Shown here: positions 1 through 8,725 of the stretch, piece after piece | Numbering within the stretch: position 1 is the stretch's first letter | Layout of the letters: each line of letters begins with the position of its first letter | Virus record (IMG/VR): IMGVR_UViG_3300035670_000585 | Coordinates: 1 to 38,886 of that record | Origin: a virus | Direction: 5' to 3' (one strand) | DNA length: 38,886 bases | Made by a program: the position numbers and the translations under genes | The notes under the pieces: model-generated | The model's database searches: none | Seen by the model: only the letters and a program-made list of their open reading frames with translations | What the model was told of the DNA's origin: nothing

Positions 1-127
1 AAGCGACCCGGATCCCGTTCCACCATAATTTATATTCTCTTAAAAGGGCGATCATGTCGTCAGGGACTATTGATGTACGTTCAGCACCATTTGTTTTTAA
101 TTCGCCCTCAAATGTGCCTTTTCGCTT
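1..127. repeat. Terminal direct repeat, copy 1 (circular-assembly overlap)
   Basis: Bases 1-127 are identical to 38760-38886. The repeat lies inside the integrase reading frame, so the ends join to give one intact gene. Confidence 0.95.
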
Positions 128-883
128 TGTATACTGCATTGATCTCATGGTTGTTATGGATTTGTTTGCAAAGTTTATATCCCTCCAGCGCAGCCCCATG
201 ATCTCCTCCCGGCGAAACCCTGTGAATATTGCCAGCCAAATCATAACCCTATACTTGAGCTCATCAGCTGTGAGATCGTCTACTGCATCTATGAGTTGTT
301 GCACCTGGTCAATGGTATACATATTATTTTCACGTTCTTTTTTTGCTGCCAGTTCTGCCTTGGTCGGCTGCGGTGGCTTTACCCGTTCACAAGGATTCTC
401 AGTAATATACTGCCATTGTACGGCTTGAGAGAAAATCATGGACAACGCAGTGTGATGATGTTTTATATTTGTTGTGTGCAATCCACCCGGCTTACCATCC
501 AATCTGGATCCGTCCTGCTGCAATAGGTCATAAAAGTCTAGTAGGTGAGTGGGGCGAATGTCTTTTAGTTTTTTATTGCCCAGGTATTTTATTAGCCTTG
601 GTTTGCATCCTAGAAACCAGTTTATGGACTTCTCTTTCATGTTCTTTTCAGCGTAACGCTCAAACCAGTAGTCAATAAACTCAGACAGTTTAACCCGGTC
701 TTTGTCATGCACGTCAATTCGTCCCTGTTCTGACACAAAAAGAGCCAACAACTTTTCAGCCTCCCTTGGTCCAGAGGCATCAACTATTTTATACTTTCGG
801 ATCCGTTTACCGACCATGTCATACCCAATATGGACGGTAAGCTCCCATTTGCCATTTTTAAGCTGCCTATATGATCCAGCCAT
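1..883 (-). CDS. int: Tyrosine integrase, N-terminal and central part (continues through the junction into 38380-38759)
   Basis: The minus-strand frame is open from ATG 883 (SD GGAGGG upstream) to the window edge. Translation starts MAGSYRQLKNGKWELTVHIGYDM and includes LAIFTGFRREEIMGLRW (catalytic Arg region). It is in frame with the 38380-38814 ORF via the 127-bp overlap. It is absent from the ORF track because it runs off the edge. Confidence 0.9.
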   Translation of the reverse strand, partial: MAGSYRQLKNGKWELTVHIGYDMVGKRIRKYKIVDASGPREAEKLLALFVSEQGRIDVHDKDRVKLSEFIDYWFERYAEKNMKEKSINWFLGCKPRLIKYLGNKKLKDIRPTHLLDFYDLLQQDGSRLDGKPGGLHTTNIKHHHTALSMIFSQAVQWQYITENPCERVKPPQPTKAELAAKKERENNMYTIDQVQQLIDAVDDLTADELKYRVMIWLAIFTGFRREEIMGLRWRDINFANKSITTMRSMQYTKRKGTFEGELKTNGAERTSIVPDDMIALLREYKLWWNGIRVA

Positions 884-979
884 GACAATCCCTCCTGAAA
901 TAAAATAATTGAAATCATATCATATATTCTGTCTGAAACTAGATGAATTTATTGAAATGTAATAATTCGTGATTGAAAT

Positions 980-1003
980 AAAAAAAGTGGGGGAGATCCC
1001 CAC
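980..1003 (-). terminator. Rho-independent terminator upstream of int (ends repressor transcript)
   Basis: Stem GTGGGG (987-992) pairs with CCCCAC (998-1003). The A-run at 980-986 is a T-run on the minus strand after the stem. Confidence 0.5.
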
Positions 1004-1394
1004 GCCTTGTCGAAAACTTATTATTATCATTTCAATCAAGAAAAACGTTGTTTCAATCAAAAGTTATGCGTTCATTAAATTTACATGTAAAATGAGTAGT
1101 TAAAGTTATTTTTAAAAAGGTATGTTTTGTTTTTTTTTTTTGTAAGTTTTGACAATTCATTAATATTAATCTGTTTTTTATATGTATTTGTGACATTGCG
1201 CTGTCAAAATATGTTTTGTAAATACAGTGTTTTCTTGTATATAATACATTTTGCATCAGGCACCCACGCAAACGGTAACACGGTAGCAGGTTAGTTGATT
1301 TATCAAATAACAGGGGGTAACGTTATGCAGTGTTTAACTTGTAAATGTCTTTCACTTTCAAATGACATAGTTGAAATAAAAACGCCTATAGGGA

Positions 1395-1838
1395 TTATTC
1401 AGAATCCTTCTTGTCATTCAGCTCCTTTAGCTTTTTCATACTCTCTACATAGCCTTTTAGAACGATTCTTGCCTGATCAGGAGTTAGATGAAATTCTTCA
1501 AGAGACTTAACCAGCGTAATGGTTGATTGTGAAAATTCTTTTTTGAAATATTTAAGGTCCTCTGGGAGTGGAGTGTATTTTACATCAGATTGTTTTCTGA
1601 TGTCCGATTCACCTAAAAGAAAAGCCTGGTCAACATCAAAATAGTTTGCCAATGCCTCTATCATATCCTTTTTGATGTTTAGGGATCCAGAAACGAACCG
1701 AGACAAGGATGCTTTGTTGCTCCCGACAGCTTTGGCAATTTCTTCAAGTGTTACATCTTTTTCTACTTTCAAAAACATAAAACGCTCTTTAAATGTAGCC
1801 ACTCTGCCACCTCTTCTTAAAACAGCATTTGTAAACAT
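1395..1838 (-). CDS. CI-like repressor, XRE-family HTH
   Basis: VTLEEIAKAVGSNKASLSRFVSG is an HTH motif. ATG 1838 is preceded by GAGGGGG. The gene is divergent from the Cro-like gene and adjacent to int. Confidence 0.8.
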   Translation of the reverse strand: MFTNAVLRRGGRVATFKERFMFLKVEKDVTLEEIAKAVGSNKASLSRFVSGSLNIKKDMIEALANYFDVDQAFLLGESDIRKQSDVKYTPLPEDLKYFKKEFSQSTITLVKSLEEFHLTPDQARIVLKGYVESMKKLKELNDKKDSE

Positions 1839-1919
1839 AGTATTCCCCCTCAATAATATAATAGTATTTTAATATTTAAAATAATTTTGCTATAAATAAA
1901 ACAAATTTAATTAAACATG

Positions 1920-1948
1920 TTGACTTGTTGCTAAAAATAAAATATAAT
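1920..1948 (+). promoter_or_regulatory. Early rightward sigma-A type promoter
   Basis: TTGACT (1920-1925), a 17-nt spacer, then TATAAT (1943-1948), upstream of the Cro-like gene. Confidence 0.65.
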
Positions 1949-2013
1949 GAATTTACAGTTAAGATTTATTTATCATAAGTTAGTTCAGAAATTTGTAGAA
2001 AGGTGGTGCAAGC

Positions 2014-2244
2014 ATGTCAAATAAATTAAAATCACTGTTGGCATTAAAAGGATTTAGTGTAAGATCCTTTTCGGCGGCTTTAAACAAAGACTATGTTACT
2101 GTTTGGAGAAAAGTCAAAGAACCTGAGAAAATAGAGATTAAAGACATCGAAGAATGGCAAAAGGTTTTAAATTTAACTCAAAAAGAGTTGATTGAATTTT
2201 TTTTGCCCTTTGCGTTGCAAAATGTAAAACAAGAAACAGAATAG
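2014..2244 (+). CDS. Cro/antirepressor-like small HTH protein
   Basis: 76 aa, SD AAAGGTGG, first gene of the rightward operon facing the repressor. The LKGFSVRSFSAALNKDYVTVWR segment is HTH-like. Confidence 0.65.
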   Translation: MSNKLKSLLALKGFSVRSFSAALNKDYVTVWRKVKEPEKIEIKDIEEWQKVLNLTQKELIEFFLPFALQNVKQETE

Positions 2245-2274
2245 TTACACTTTATAAAATCAGGAGGTTTTAAC

Positions 2275-2478
2275 ATGGTACCAGCAATTGGAGAACACCC
2301 AATTAGATTTACAATCAAAGAAATTTGTGAACAGAGATACCAGGGCAAGATCAGCGAGGCAACAATCTGGAGGTTAGTCAGATCAGGACAACTGAAAGCA
2401 TACAGGTTGTCACCAAGGCGGTTGTTAATCTCACTGGAGGAGCTAGAGAAATATGAGGCATCAACACTGGGCAAATGA
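2275..2478 (+). CDS. Excisionase-family (MerR/AlpA-like) DNA-binding protein
   Basis: FTIKEICEQ...SEATIWRLVRSGQLKAYRLSPRRLLISLEELEKY is typical of Xis-type HTH_17 proteins. Confidence 0.7.
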   Translation: MVPAIGEHPIRFTIKEICEQRYQGKISEATIWRLVRSGQLKAYRLSPRRLLISLEELEKYEASTLGK

Positions 2479-2513
2479 TTTACAAAAGGGGGCGTAACAG
2501 AAAGGAGAAACTT

Positions 2514-2696
2514 ATGAGCAATAAGGAGTATTACGAGTATGTTAAGCAGTTCAACCAGCTTGTTAGTGAGAAAAAGATCAAGGAAGCAGAAGCCCTTTTG
2601 CAACAGAAGCAATTTCAGGACAGGAATTTGAATCAAGGCGAGGTTGATGTATTAGTTTGCGGCTTTAAAAAAATTCAAATTGAAAAGGCGGTGTAA
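2514..2696 (+). CDS. Hypothetical early protein
   Basis: ATG 2514 follows AAAGGAG, and the ORF is packed tightly in the operon. Confidence 0.5.
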   Translation: MSNKEYYEYVKQFNQLVSEKKIKEAEALLQQKQFQDRNLNQGEVDVLVCGFKKIQIEKAV

Positions 2697-2699
2697 TTT

Positions 2700-2828
2700 A
2701 TGGCAAACCCAATCAAACTTATCTTGGATCGTAAAGAAATGGAAAAGCAGCAGAAGGAAGCTGCAAAGAAGTTTGCAGAGATCATGAGAATTAATAATTC
2801 AATCATGGATGGGGGGAAGAAGAAATGA
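2700..2828 (+). CDS. Hypothetical small protein (42 aa)
   Basis: Read by eye as MANPIKLILDRKEMEKQQKEAAKKFAEIMRINNSIMDGGKKK. It shares an ATGA overlap with the next ORF. It is below the track size cutoff. Confidence 0.4.
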   Translation: MANPIKLILDRKEMEKQQKEAAKKFAEIMRINNSIMDGGKKK

Positions 2829-2971
2829 AGGTCAAAACGTACATGGTATTGTTGCCGAACCAGCAAAGAGAATACATTATTGGCAAGGATTACGAAGATG
2901 CTAGGCTTTACGCTCTTCATGTTTGGGGCGATAGGATAAAAGGTATCATTGAGATCCCAAGGGGGTGCTAA
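2825..2971 (+). CDS. Hypothetical small protein (48 aa)
   Basis: Begins MKVKTYMVLLPNQQREYIIGKDYEDARLYALHVWG. Its start and stop overlap the neighbouring ORFs. Confidence 0.4.
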   Translation: MKVKTYMVLLPNQQREYIIGKDYEDARLYALHVWGDRIKGIIEIPRGC

Positions 2972-2972
2972 T

Positions 2973-3161
2973 GTGGATAAACAGTCGTATAGAACTGTGA
3001 TTGAAGCACATGCAGGTGAAATGGAGGACGAAGATTTTGAATTGATTTGGCGGGCAGTACAAAAGGTTATTAACGACAGGTCAACAAGGAACATTCCTGT
3101 CCCGGAAAGATTTGTTATTAGGGCCGGAATTGATTTAAAGAAAGTGCTGGGGGTGAAGTAG
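2973..3161 (+). CDS. Hypothetical protein
   Basis: GTG 2973 lies 7 nt after AAGGGGG. It is in the same frame as the tracked ORF 2949-3161. Confidence 0.45.
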   Translation: MDKQSYRTVIEAHAGEMEDEDFELIWRAVQKVINDRSTRNIPVPERFVIRAGIDLKKVLGVK

Positions 3162-3307
3162 TGCAAGAGTATTACATGAATTACAAGTTTGAACGAATTG
3201 AGTTATTGTCGGAAGCATTTGATGAGGTAAATGATTACTTTAACAATCAAAAGGAACCGTGCGCCAACACGGTTCCAGATGAAACAATTGAACTATCCTG
3301 GGATTAA
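3161..3307 (+). CDS. Hypothetical small protein
   Basis: GTG 3161 overlaps the previous stop; an alternative ATG is at 3176. It contains a 9-bp hairpin (3251-3276). Confidence 0.35.
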   Translation: MQEYYMNYKFERIELLSEAFDEVNDYFNNQKEPCANTVPDETIELSWD

Positions 3308-3346
3308 AAAATATTAACATCTTTATTTTACAGGGAGATTTCAAAA

Positions 3347-3982
3347 ATGACAAGAGAGCAATGGTTACAAGAGAGAAAAAATGGAATTGGCGGTTCTGAA
3401 GCCAGTTCCATAGTCGGAATGAACCCATACAAAACAAACGTCAGGTTGTGGGAAGAAAAAACAGGGCGTGTTGAGCCAGACGATATTGGACACAAGTCCT
3501 ATGTTCAGTATGGCGTAAATGCTGAACATCACCTAAGAGAGCTATTTAAACTTGATTACCCACAGTACCAGGTCAATTATCAGGAATTCAAAATACATCG
3601 AAACGAGAAACACCCTTTTGTTTTTGCAACACTGGATGGTGAATTGATCTGTCCTGATACTGGAGAAAGCGGAATTCTTGAAATCAAAACTACAAACATC
3701 CTTCAGTCAATGCAGAAAGAAAAGTGGAATGACAAAATTCCTGACAATTATTACATTCAGTGCCTACATCAATTACTTGCTACAGGATGGGACTTTGTAA
3801 TCTTAAAAGCTCATTTAAAGTCAGATTGGGCTGGAGAGATTAGAATTACCACAAAGCACTACATAATCAAAAGGGAAGATGTGAGATGTGACCTGGACTT
3901 TCTGCTTCAAAAGGAGATTGAGTTCTGGACTGAATACGTCATGAAAGACCGAAAACCAAATCTTATATTACCGAATATCTAA
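3347..3982 (+). CDS. YqaJ-like viral recombinase exonuclease (PD-(D/E)XK)
   Basis: N-terminus WLQERKNGIGGSEASSIVGMNPYKT, plus ATLDG...LEIKTT. It sits in the same module as RecT. Confidence 0.8.
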   Translation: MTREQWLQERKNGIGGSEASSIVGMNPYKTNVRLWEEKTGRVEPDDIGHKSYVQYGVNAEHHLRELFKLDYPQYQVNYQEFKIHRNEKHPFVFATLDGELICPDTGESGILEIKTTNILQSMQKEKWNDKIPDNYYIQCLHQLLATGWDFVILKAHLKSDWAGEIRITTKHYIIKREDVRCDLDFLLQKEIEFWTEYVMKDRKPNLILPNI

Positions 3983-3994
3983 GGGGGAACATCC

Positions 3995-4570
3995 ATGAAA
4001 AACAGGTACATTACACTACTACAGACTGTCAATAGACCAGGTATTTTTGACCTTATCGACTACCTTGAAAACAAAACAGACTTCTTTTCAGCACCATCTA
4101 GCACCAGGTTCCACGGAGCTTTTGAAGGTGGATTACTTATCCATAGCCTTAATGTATTCGACTGCTTAATGGAATTATCACTTACACCAGCGTTTTCAAG
4201 TCAAAATCTTTCACATGATTCAATTGTTATCGCTTCTTTACTCCATGATCTGTGCAAAACAAACTTCTACAAAATATCCTACAGGAACGCCAAAAACAAA
4301 GAAGGTGTATGGGTTCAGGTTCCATTCTATGAGGTAGAGGACACCCACCCATATGGACACGGTGAATGCTCTGTCATGCTTGCGGAGCAATTCATTAAGC
4401 TTACTGATGATGAAAAGTATGCTATCCGTTGGCACATGGGCGGATTTGATGAAAGTGTGAGGGGTGGAAGTTATGCCTTGGGAGCAGCCTATAAAAAATA
4501 TCCTCTTACTCTGGCTTTGCATATGGCAGACATGACAGCAACATACATTTACGAAAAGGAGGCTAAATAA
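3995..4570 (+). CDS. HD-domain phosphohydrolase
   Basis: Carries LLHDLCK, HPYGHGE and RWHMG motifs. Confidence 0.7.
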   Translation: MKNRYITLLQTVNRPGIFDLIDYLENKTDFFSAPSSTRFHGAFEGGLLIHSLNVFDCLMELSLTPAFSSQNLSHDSIVIASLLHDLCKTNFYKISYRNAKNKEGVWVQVPFYEVEDTHPYGHGECSVMLAEQFIKLTDDEKYAIRWHMGGFDESVRGGSYALGAAYKKYPLTLALHMADMTATYIYEKEAK

Positions 4571-4572
4571 AC

Positions 4573-5418
4573 ATGGAATTAATAATTCATAGCCCTTCTG
4601 AGGAAGGATTCATTCAGGAAATAACCTTCAATCATGAAGAAATCAAAAAAGAGCTTACAACAAGGCTAGAAAAGTACAAGGGGCTTGTCTATTCAGAAGA
4701 GGAAATAAAACTTGCAAAAACAGACCGGGCAACCCTGAACAAGTTCAAGGAAGCCATTGAAAGCAAGCGTAAAGAAATTAAGGCATTATGCCTAAAACCT
4801 TACGATGAATTTGAAATCAAGATCAAAGAGATTGTAAACCTTGTCAATGAGCCAGTTAAAGATATTGACAACCAAGTAAAGGCATTTGAAGAGAAGCAAA
4901 AACAGGATAAAAAGAAAGTCATTGAAGGTATGTACTCTGATATGATTGGTGATCTTATCGAGATCCTACCCCTGAAAACTCTCTGGAATGAAAAATGGCT
5001 GAATGCAACATATAAGCTTGCTACCATATCGGACGAACTCAGGAAAGAAATTGAACGTGTATCCAGTGACCTAAAGCATATTGAGTCAATCAAGTCAAAG
5101 TTTGAAACTGAAATGAAAAACACTTATCTTAACACCCTGTTGTTAAGTGAAGCCCTTGCAATCAAAACACGTCTGGAAGATCAGGAAATAAAGTTGGAAG
5201 AGTTTAAGGCAAAGCAGGAAGCAGAAAAGAAACCAGAACCACCACCTGAATTTCCTGCTACACCAGCACCAACTTTCAGCCAAGCAATGGAAATGGAACA
5301 GGTGATCGAGCCTGAATTAGAGGTTATAGAATTTAGGCTTTGGGTTACGCCTGAACAGAAGGCTTTTTTACGGAACTATATTTTCGAAAATAATATCAAA
5401 TTTGGAAAGGTACGGTGA
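4573..5418 (+). CDS. DUF1351-like protein (RecT-associated)
   Basis: Coiled-coil-rich 281-aa protein directly upstream of RecT. The N-terminus has the shape of DUF1351 proteins from Gram-positive phages. Confidence 0.5.
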   Translation: MELIIHSPSEEGFIQEITFNHEEIKKELTTRLEKYKGLVYSEEEIKLAKTDRATLNKFKEAIESKRKEIKALCLKPYDEFEIKIKEIVNLVNEPVKDIDNQVKAFEEKQKQDKKKVIEGMYSDMIGDLIEILPLKTLWNEKWLNATYKLATISDELRKEIERVSSDLKHIESIKSKFETEMKNTYLNTLLLSEALAIKTRLEDQEIKLEEFKAKQEAEKKPEPPPEFPATPAPTFSQAMEMEQVIEPELEVIEFRLWVTPEQKAFLRNYIFENNIKFGKVR

Positions 5419-5423
5419 TTAAA

Positions 5424-6272
5424 ATGGCAGTTAACAATAGCTTAGTAAAGCAAGCAGCAAAACCAACATTTTCAGTATTCATTACTCAGGGAGCAGTAAA
5501 GCAGAAGATCAATGAAATGATGGGTGGAGAGTCTGGACAAAGGTTTATGACTCAAATTATTTCAGCTGTTACAGCAAACCCAAACCTTGCAACATGTGAG
5601 CACATGTCAATCCTTAATTGTGCATTCCTTGGGGAGTCGCTAAAACTATCACCATCCCCTCAACTGGGTCAATATTACATGGTTCCTTTTGAGGATCGTA
5701 AAAACAACCGCACTGTCGCAACATTTCAGTTAGGTTACAAAGGATACATTCAACTTGCATTAAGGTCAGGGTACTATAAAAAATTGAATGTCCTGGCAAT
5801 CAAAGAGGGGGAGCTTGCCAACTATGATCCCCTGAACGAGGAAATTACCTGTAATATTATCCAGGACGAAGCACAAAGGGAAGCAGCACCAACTATTGGG
5901 TACTATGCTATGTTTGAATATCTGAATGGATTCAGAAAGGCAATGTACTGGTCAAAGGCTAAAATGGAATCCCATGCATTGAAATACTCGCAGGGTTATG
6001 CAGCAGACAAGAAAAAAGGAACCGCGTGGACTTTCTGGACAAAGGACTTTGATGGGATGGCGTATAAAACCATGCTTCGCCAACTTATATCAAAATGGGG
6101 CGTAATGTCCATTGATCTCCAAAATGCTTTTGAAAGCGATATGACATTTAAGGACTCATCTGGAACAACCTCTTATGTAGAGGAAACACCAGACACTCAA
6201 GAACAAATACCTCAACCTGACCAGCAACAGGAACAACCTTCAGAAAACGATACTCCAGATTTTTTGAAATAA
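5424..6272 (+). CDS. recT: RecT-family single-strand annealing protein
   Basis: Contains CAFLGESLKLSPSPQLGQYYMVPF and ATFQLGYKGYIQLALRSGYY. An alternative GTG start is at 5415. Confidence 0.85.
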   Translation: MAVNNSLVKQAAKPTFSVFITQGAVKQKINEMMGGESGQRFMTQIISAVTANPNLATCEHMSILNCAFLGESLKLSPSPQLGQYYMVPFEDRKNNRTVATFQLGYKGYIQLALRSGYYKKLNVLAIKEGELANYDPLNEEITCNIIQDEAQREAAPTIGYYAMFEYLNGFRKAMYWSKAKMESHALKYSQGYAADKKKGTAWTFWTKDFDGMAYKTMLRQLISKWGVMSIDLQNAFESDMTFKDSSGTTSYVEETPDTQEQIPQPDQQQEQPSENDTPDFLK

Positions 6273-6334
6273 AACCAAATAAGCATTGGGTGCAGTGATG
6301 CCCCATTATCATGTAAATTTGTGAGGTGGAAGAA

Positions 6335-7189
6335 ATGGAAGGCTGGATAAAACTTCATCGTAAACTTTTAGAAAATCCAATATTTTTGAAACCTGAATTA
6401 CTTCAATTATTTGTGTATTGTCTTTTGAAAGCCAACCATGAGCCAAACAAGATTATATTCAATAATAAAGAACAGATTATTGAACGCGGTCAATTCATTA
6501 CAGGAAGGGACGTTCTGAGTAATGACTTAAAGCAAAATGGGCGTACTACCTACGATAGACTGAAAATTCTTGAGAACTTGAAAATTATCACCATCAAATC
6601 CAACAACAAATTTAGCCTTGTAAGCATTGTAAATTATGACTTGTACCAGATGAGAGAAGAAGAATCCAACAACAAACCCAACAACCAGCCAACAACCAGC
6701 CAACAACCAGCCAACACAAACAAGAATGATAAGAATGATAAGAATGATAAGAATGATAAGAAGGAGGAGGAAGAAGGGCTCACCAAAATTATCCAGTTTT
6801 ATCAAAACAATTATCTTCAATCAGTAACACAACAAACAGCCGAGGAGATTGGACATATTTTGGATGATGGAATAACACCGGAGCTATTCATTGAAGTTAT
6901 GAAGGATTCCCTTGAACCATCAATCACCCATAAATGGAAATGGACAAGCAAAGTCCTAATAACGGCACATAGCAAAGGAATATTGACAGTAGAGCAGTAC
7001 CAGCAGCACAAAAAGGCAGAGGAATTGAGACGGGAAAAGGAAAAACAACAGAGACAACCGATTCCTTTTAGTCCAAAGCCAAGGATAAAAGCAGAGTTTA
7101 CAGCAGAAGATTGTTGGTTTGAAGTGGGTTCTATTGCTGAAAGATACAAACGGAAAAGAGAGGAGGAGAACAAAATTGACCAGGGATGA
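6335..7189 (+). CDS. Replisome organizer with C-terminal DnaD/DnaB_2-like domain
   Basis: N-terminus GWIKLHRKLLENPIF; C-terminus IIQFYQNNY...KWTSKVLITAHSKGILTVEQY. ATG 6335 follows GAGGTGG. Confidence 0.75.
   Translation: MEGWIKLHRKLLENPIFLKPELLQLFVYCLLKANHEPNKIIFNNKEQIIERGQFITGRDVLSNDLKQNGRTTYDRLKILENLKIITIKSNNKFSLVSIVNYDLYQMREEESNNKPNNQPTTSQQPANTNKNDKNDKNDKNDKKEEEEGLTKIIQFYQNNYLQSVTQQTAEEIGHILDDGITPELFIEVMKDSLEPSITHKWKWTSKVLITAHSKGILTVEQYQQHKKAEELRREKEKQQRQPIPFSPKPRIKAEFTAEDCWFEVGSIAERYKRKREEENKIDQG
6678..6757. repeat. Iteron-like tandem repeats inside the replisome organizer gene (candidate ori)
   Basis: CCAACAACCAG occurs 3 times (6678-6710) plus a partial 4th copy. AAGAATGAT then occurs 4 times (6722-6757). 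Confidence 0.8.
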
Positions 7190-7766
7190 AGCAAACAACA
7201 TTTTTAAAATTTACAGGAACTATTACAAGACAGCAAGTCATGATCCATTTGAAAATCAAGAAGTACGGAACCTATACGGCAATTTTTTCTTGAAACAGGA
7301 TTACGACTTTATGATGAACTCCCTTGATGAGGTGTTCACAACCTTTAAATTTTGCCCAAAATTAGCAGAACTAAAAGACTTTTGCGAAAGTAAAACAGCA
7401 ACGGTTAGTGATCCAAAAATGGCAGTGTGGCAACAGGAAAGAACAATCAAGTGCTATGTGTGCATGGACAGGGGGGCAATCTTGCACAGGTTGTCAGATG
7501 GTTATGAATACGCACTACATTGTGAATGTGAAATTGGAAAATCGGCCATGTATGACGGTAGAACTTTGACAGAGCATCAATCGCCATATATGACCGAACC
7601 AATCGGGAAATATCTCGATACCAGAATACTAAGGGATGAAAACAAAAAAGTCAACCAGGGAACTGGTGGTCGAGAGGCAGCAATCGCAGAAGCAAAAAGA
7701 TTAGGATTTAATCTTAAAATCCTGATGAATCCACCGGAAAGGACGCGTGAAAAATGCCCATTTTAA
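7176..7766 (+). CDS. Hypothetical protein with Cys cluster (CYVCMD...HCEC)
   Basis: TTG 7176 lies 7 nt after GAGGAGGAG. It is in frame with tracked ORF 7119-7766 and overlaps the previous stop. Confidence 0.55.
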   Translation: MTRDEANNIFKIYRNYYKTASHDPFENQEVRNLYGNFFLKQDYDFMMNSLDEVFTTFKFCPKLAELKDFCESKTATVSDPKMAVWQQERTIKCYVCMDRGAILHRLSDGYEYALHCECEIGKSAMYDGRTLTEHQSPYMTEPIGKYLDTRILRDENKKVNQGTGGREAAIAEAKRLGFNLKILMNPPERTREKCPF

Positions 7767-7957
7767 AACAGCAATATAACGCGTTACTTGAAAGGCACTA
7801 TAAAGCAGCTGCATACCTGGACAATCAATCAATCCAGATTGATGAAAGGGAAAAATGGGTTCCGTCTTATCGGGAGTTGGTGAAAGAGCTGGGGAGAGTG
7901 CTGGATAAGATAGGACTGTATTCTGATATTGAAGCAATGGAGGGATTTGAGGTATGA
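7754..7957 (+). CDS. Hypothetical protein
   Basis: 67-aa ORF that overlaps both neighbours (operon packing). Confidence 0.5.
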   Translation: MPILKQQYNALLERHYKAAAYLDNQSIQIDEREKWVPSYRELVKELGRVLDKIGLYSDIEAMEGFEV

Positions 7958-8724
7958 GAAGACTTACACACTTTTCACTCTTCACGGGTATTGGCGGAAT
8001 AGACCTAGCTGCAGAGTGGGCAGGATTTGAAACGATTGGACAAGTTGAATGGGCAGATTACCCGACACGGGTATTAGAAAAACATTGGCCTAATGTGCCG
8101 AGATGGAGGGATATTCGTGATGTATCAGGAGATGAAGTCAAAAGAATTTCAAGGGTTCAATCAGTTGACGTTGTTTCAGGAGGATTCCCTTGCCAACCTT
8201 ACAGTGTTGCCGGGAAGCGCAAAGGCGAAGAAGATGACCGTTTCCTCTGGCCTGAAATGCTTAGAGTTATTTCAGAAATCAAACCGCTTTGGGTTATTGG
8301 TGAAAATGTTGCTGGAATCCTCAATATGGGAATCGAAAATTACTTATCTCAATTGGAAGATAAAGGTTATATCGGGGGGGTATTTCTTATTCCAGCTTGC
8401 GCCGTCAAAGCACCGCACAGACGAGACAGAGTTTTCATTGTCGCACATGATGCCAACGCCGACCGCATCGGATACAAGGGGTTTGAACGATTACAAAAAA
8501 ACAATAGAAAAGCTGAAAAATAGAGAGAGAGCACACTTGGGGCAGTTGCCAAATTATTTGATGATATTGACTGGAAAGAGAGGGCGAAGCAATCCTGCTT
8601 TTTGGGAGGAGATGCAAGGGTTCCCAACCGGATGGACAGACTTAAATGCTTAGGTAATGCTGTAGTACCGCAGCAAATATATCCAATACTTAAGGCTATA
8701 GCAGATATTGAAAAGGGGGATTGA
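7954..8724 (+). pseudogene. DNA (cytosine-5)-methyltransferase with interrupted reading frame
   Basis: Frame 1 carries FTGIGG (motif I), GFPCQPYS (IV), ENV (VI) and HRRDRVFIV (VIII), then a TAG at 8521. After the TAG the same frame continues to [13 protein letters not shown] (motif X) and stops at 8724, 1 nt before the next gene. Frame 2 (8093-8653) also carries MTase-like strings ([17 protein letters not shown]). Confidence 0.7.
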
Positions 8725-8725
8725 C

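Noticed and set aside
54-908. Four plus-strand ORFs (54-428, 296-526, 469-678, 702-908)
   Set aside because: They lie antisense to, or overlap, the clearly recognisable minus-strand integrase frame. They have no ribosome-binding sites, and their sequences are low-complexity and Cys/Ser-rich.
884-1394. The int-repressor spacer as the attP site
   Set aside because: It contains no tRNA-like or other recognisable core. The tRNA 3' half with flanking arm repeats at 37270-37532 is a much better candidate. This cannot be fully excluded without host sequences.
1053-1510. ORFs 1053-1271 (minus) and 1295-1510 (plus) in the int-repressor spacer
   Set aside because: The first lies in very AT-rich DNA with long T/A runs and has no SD. 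The second overlaps the repressor gene on the opposite strand. Both are treated as non-coding.
3251-3276. 9-bp hairpin GGAACCGTG/CACGGTTCC as a terminator
   Set aside because: No T-run follows it, and it lies inside a plausible small ORF in the middle of the early operon. It may be regulatory, but that is unsupported.
8521-8523. In-frame TAG in the methyltransferase as evidence of genome-wide TAG recoding
   Set aside because: TAG terminates several well-supported genes here (for example at 2242-2244, 16300-16302 and 26902-26904, and the GT2 gene at 20974-20976). An alternative genetic code is therefore not supported.
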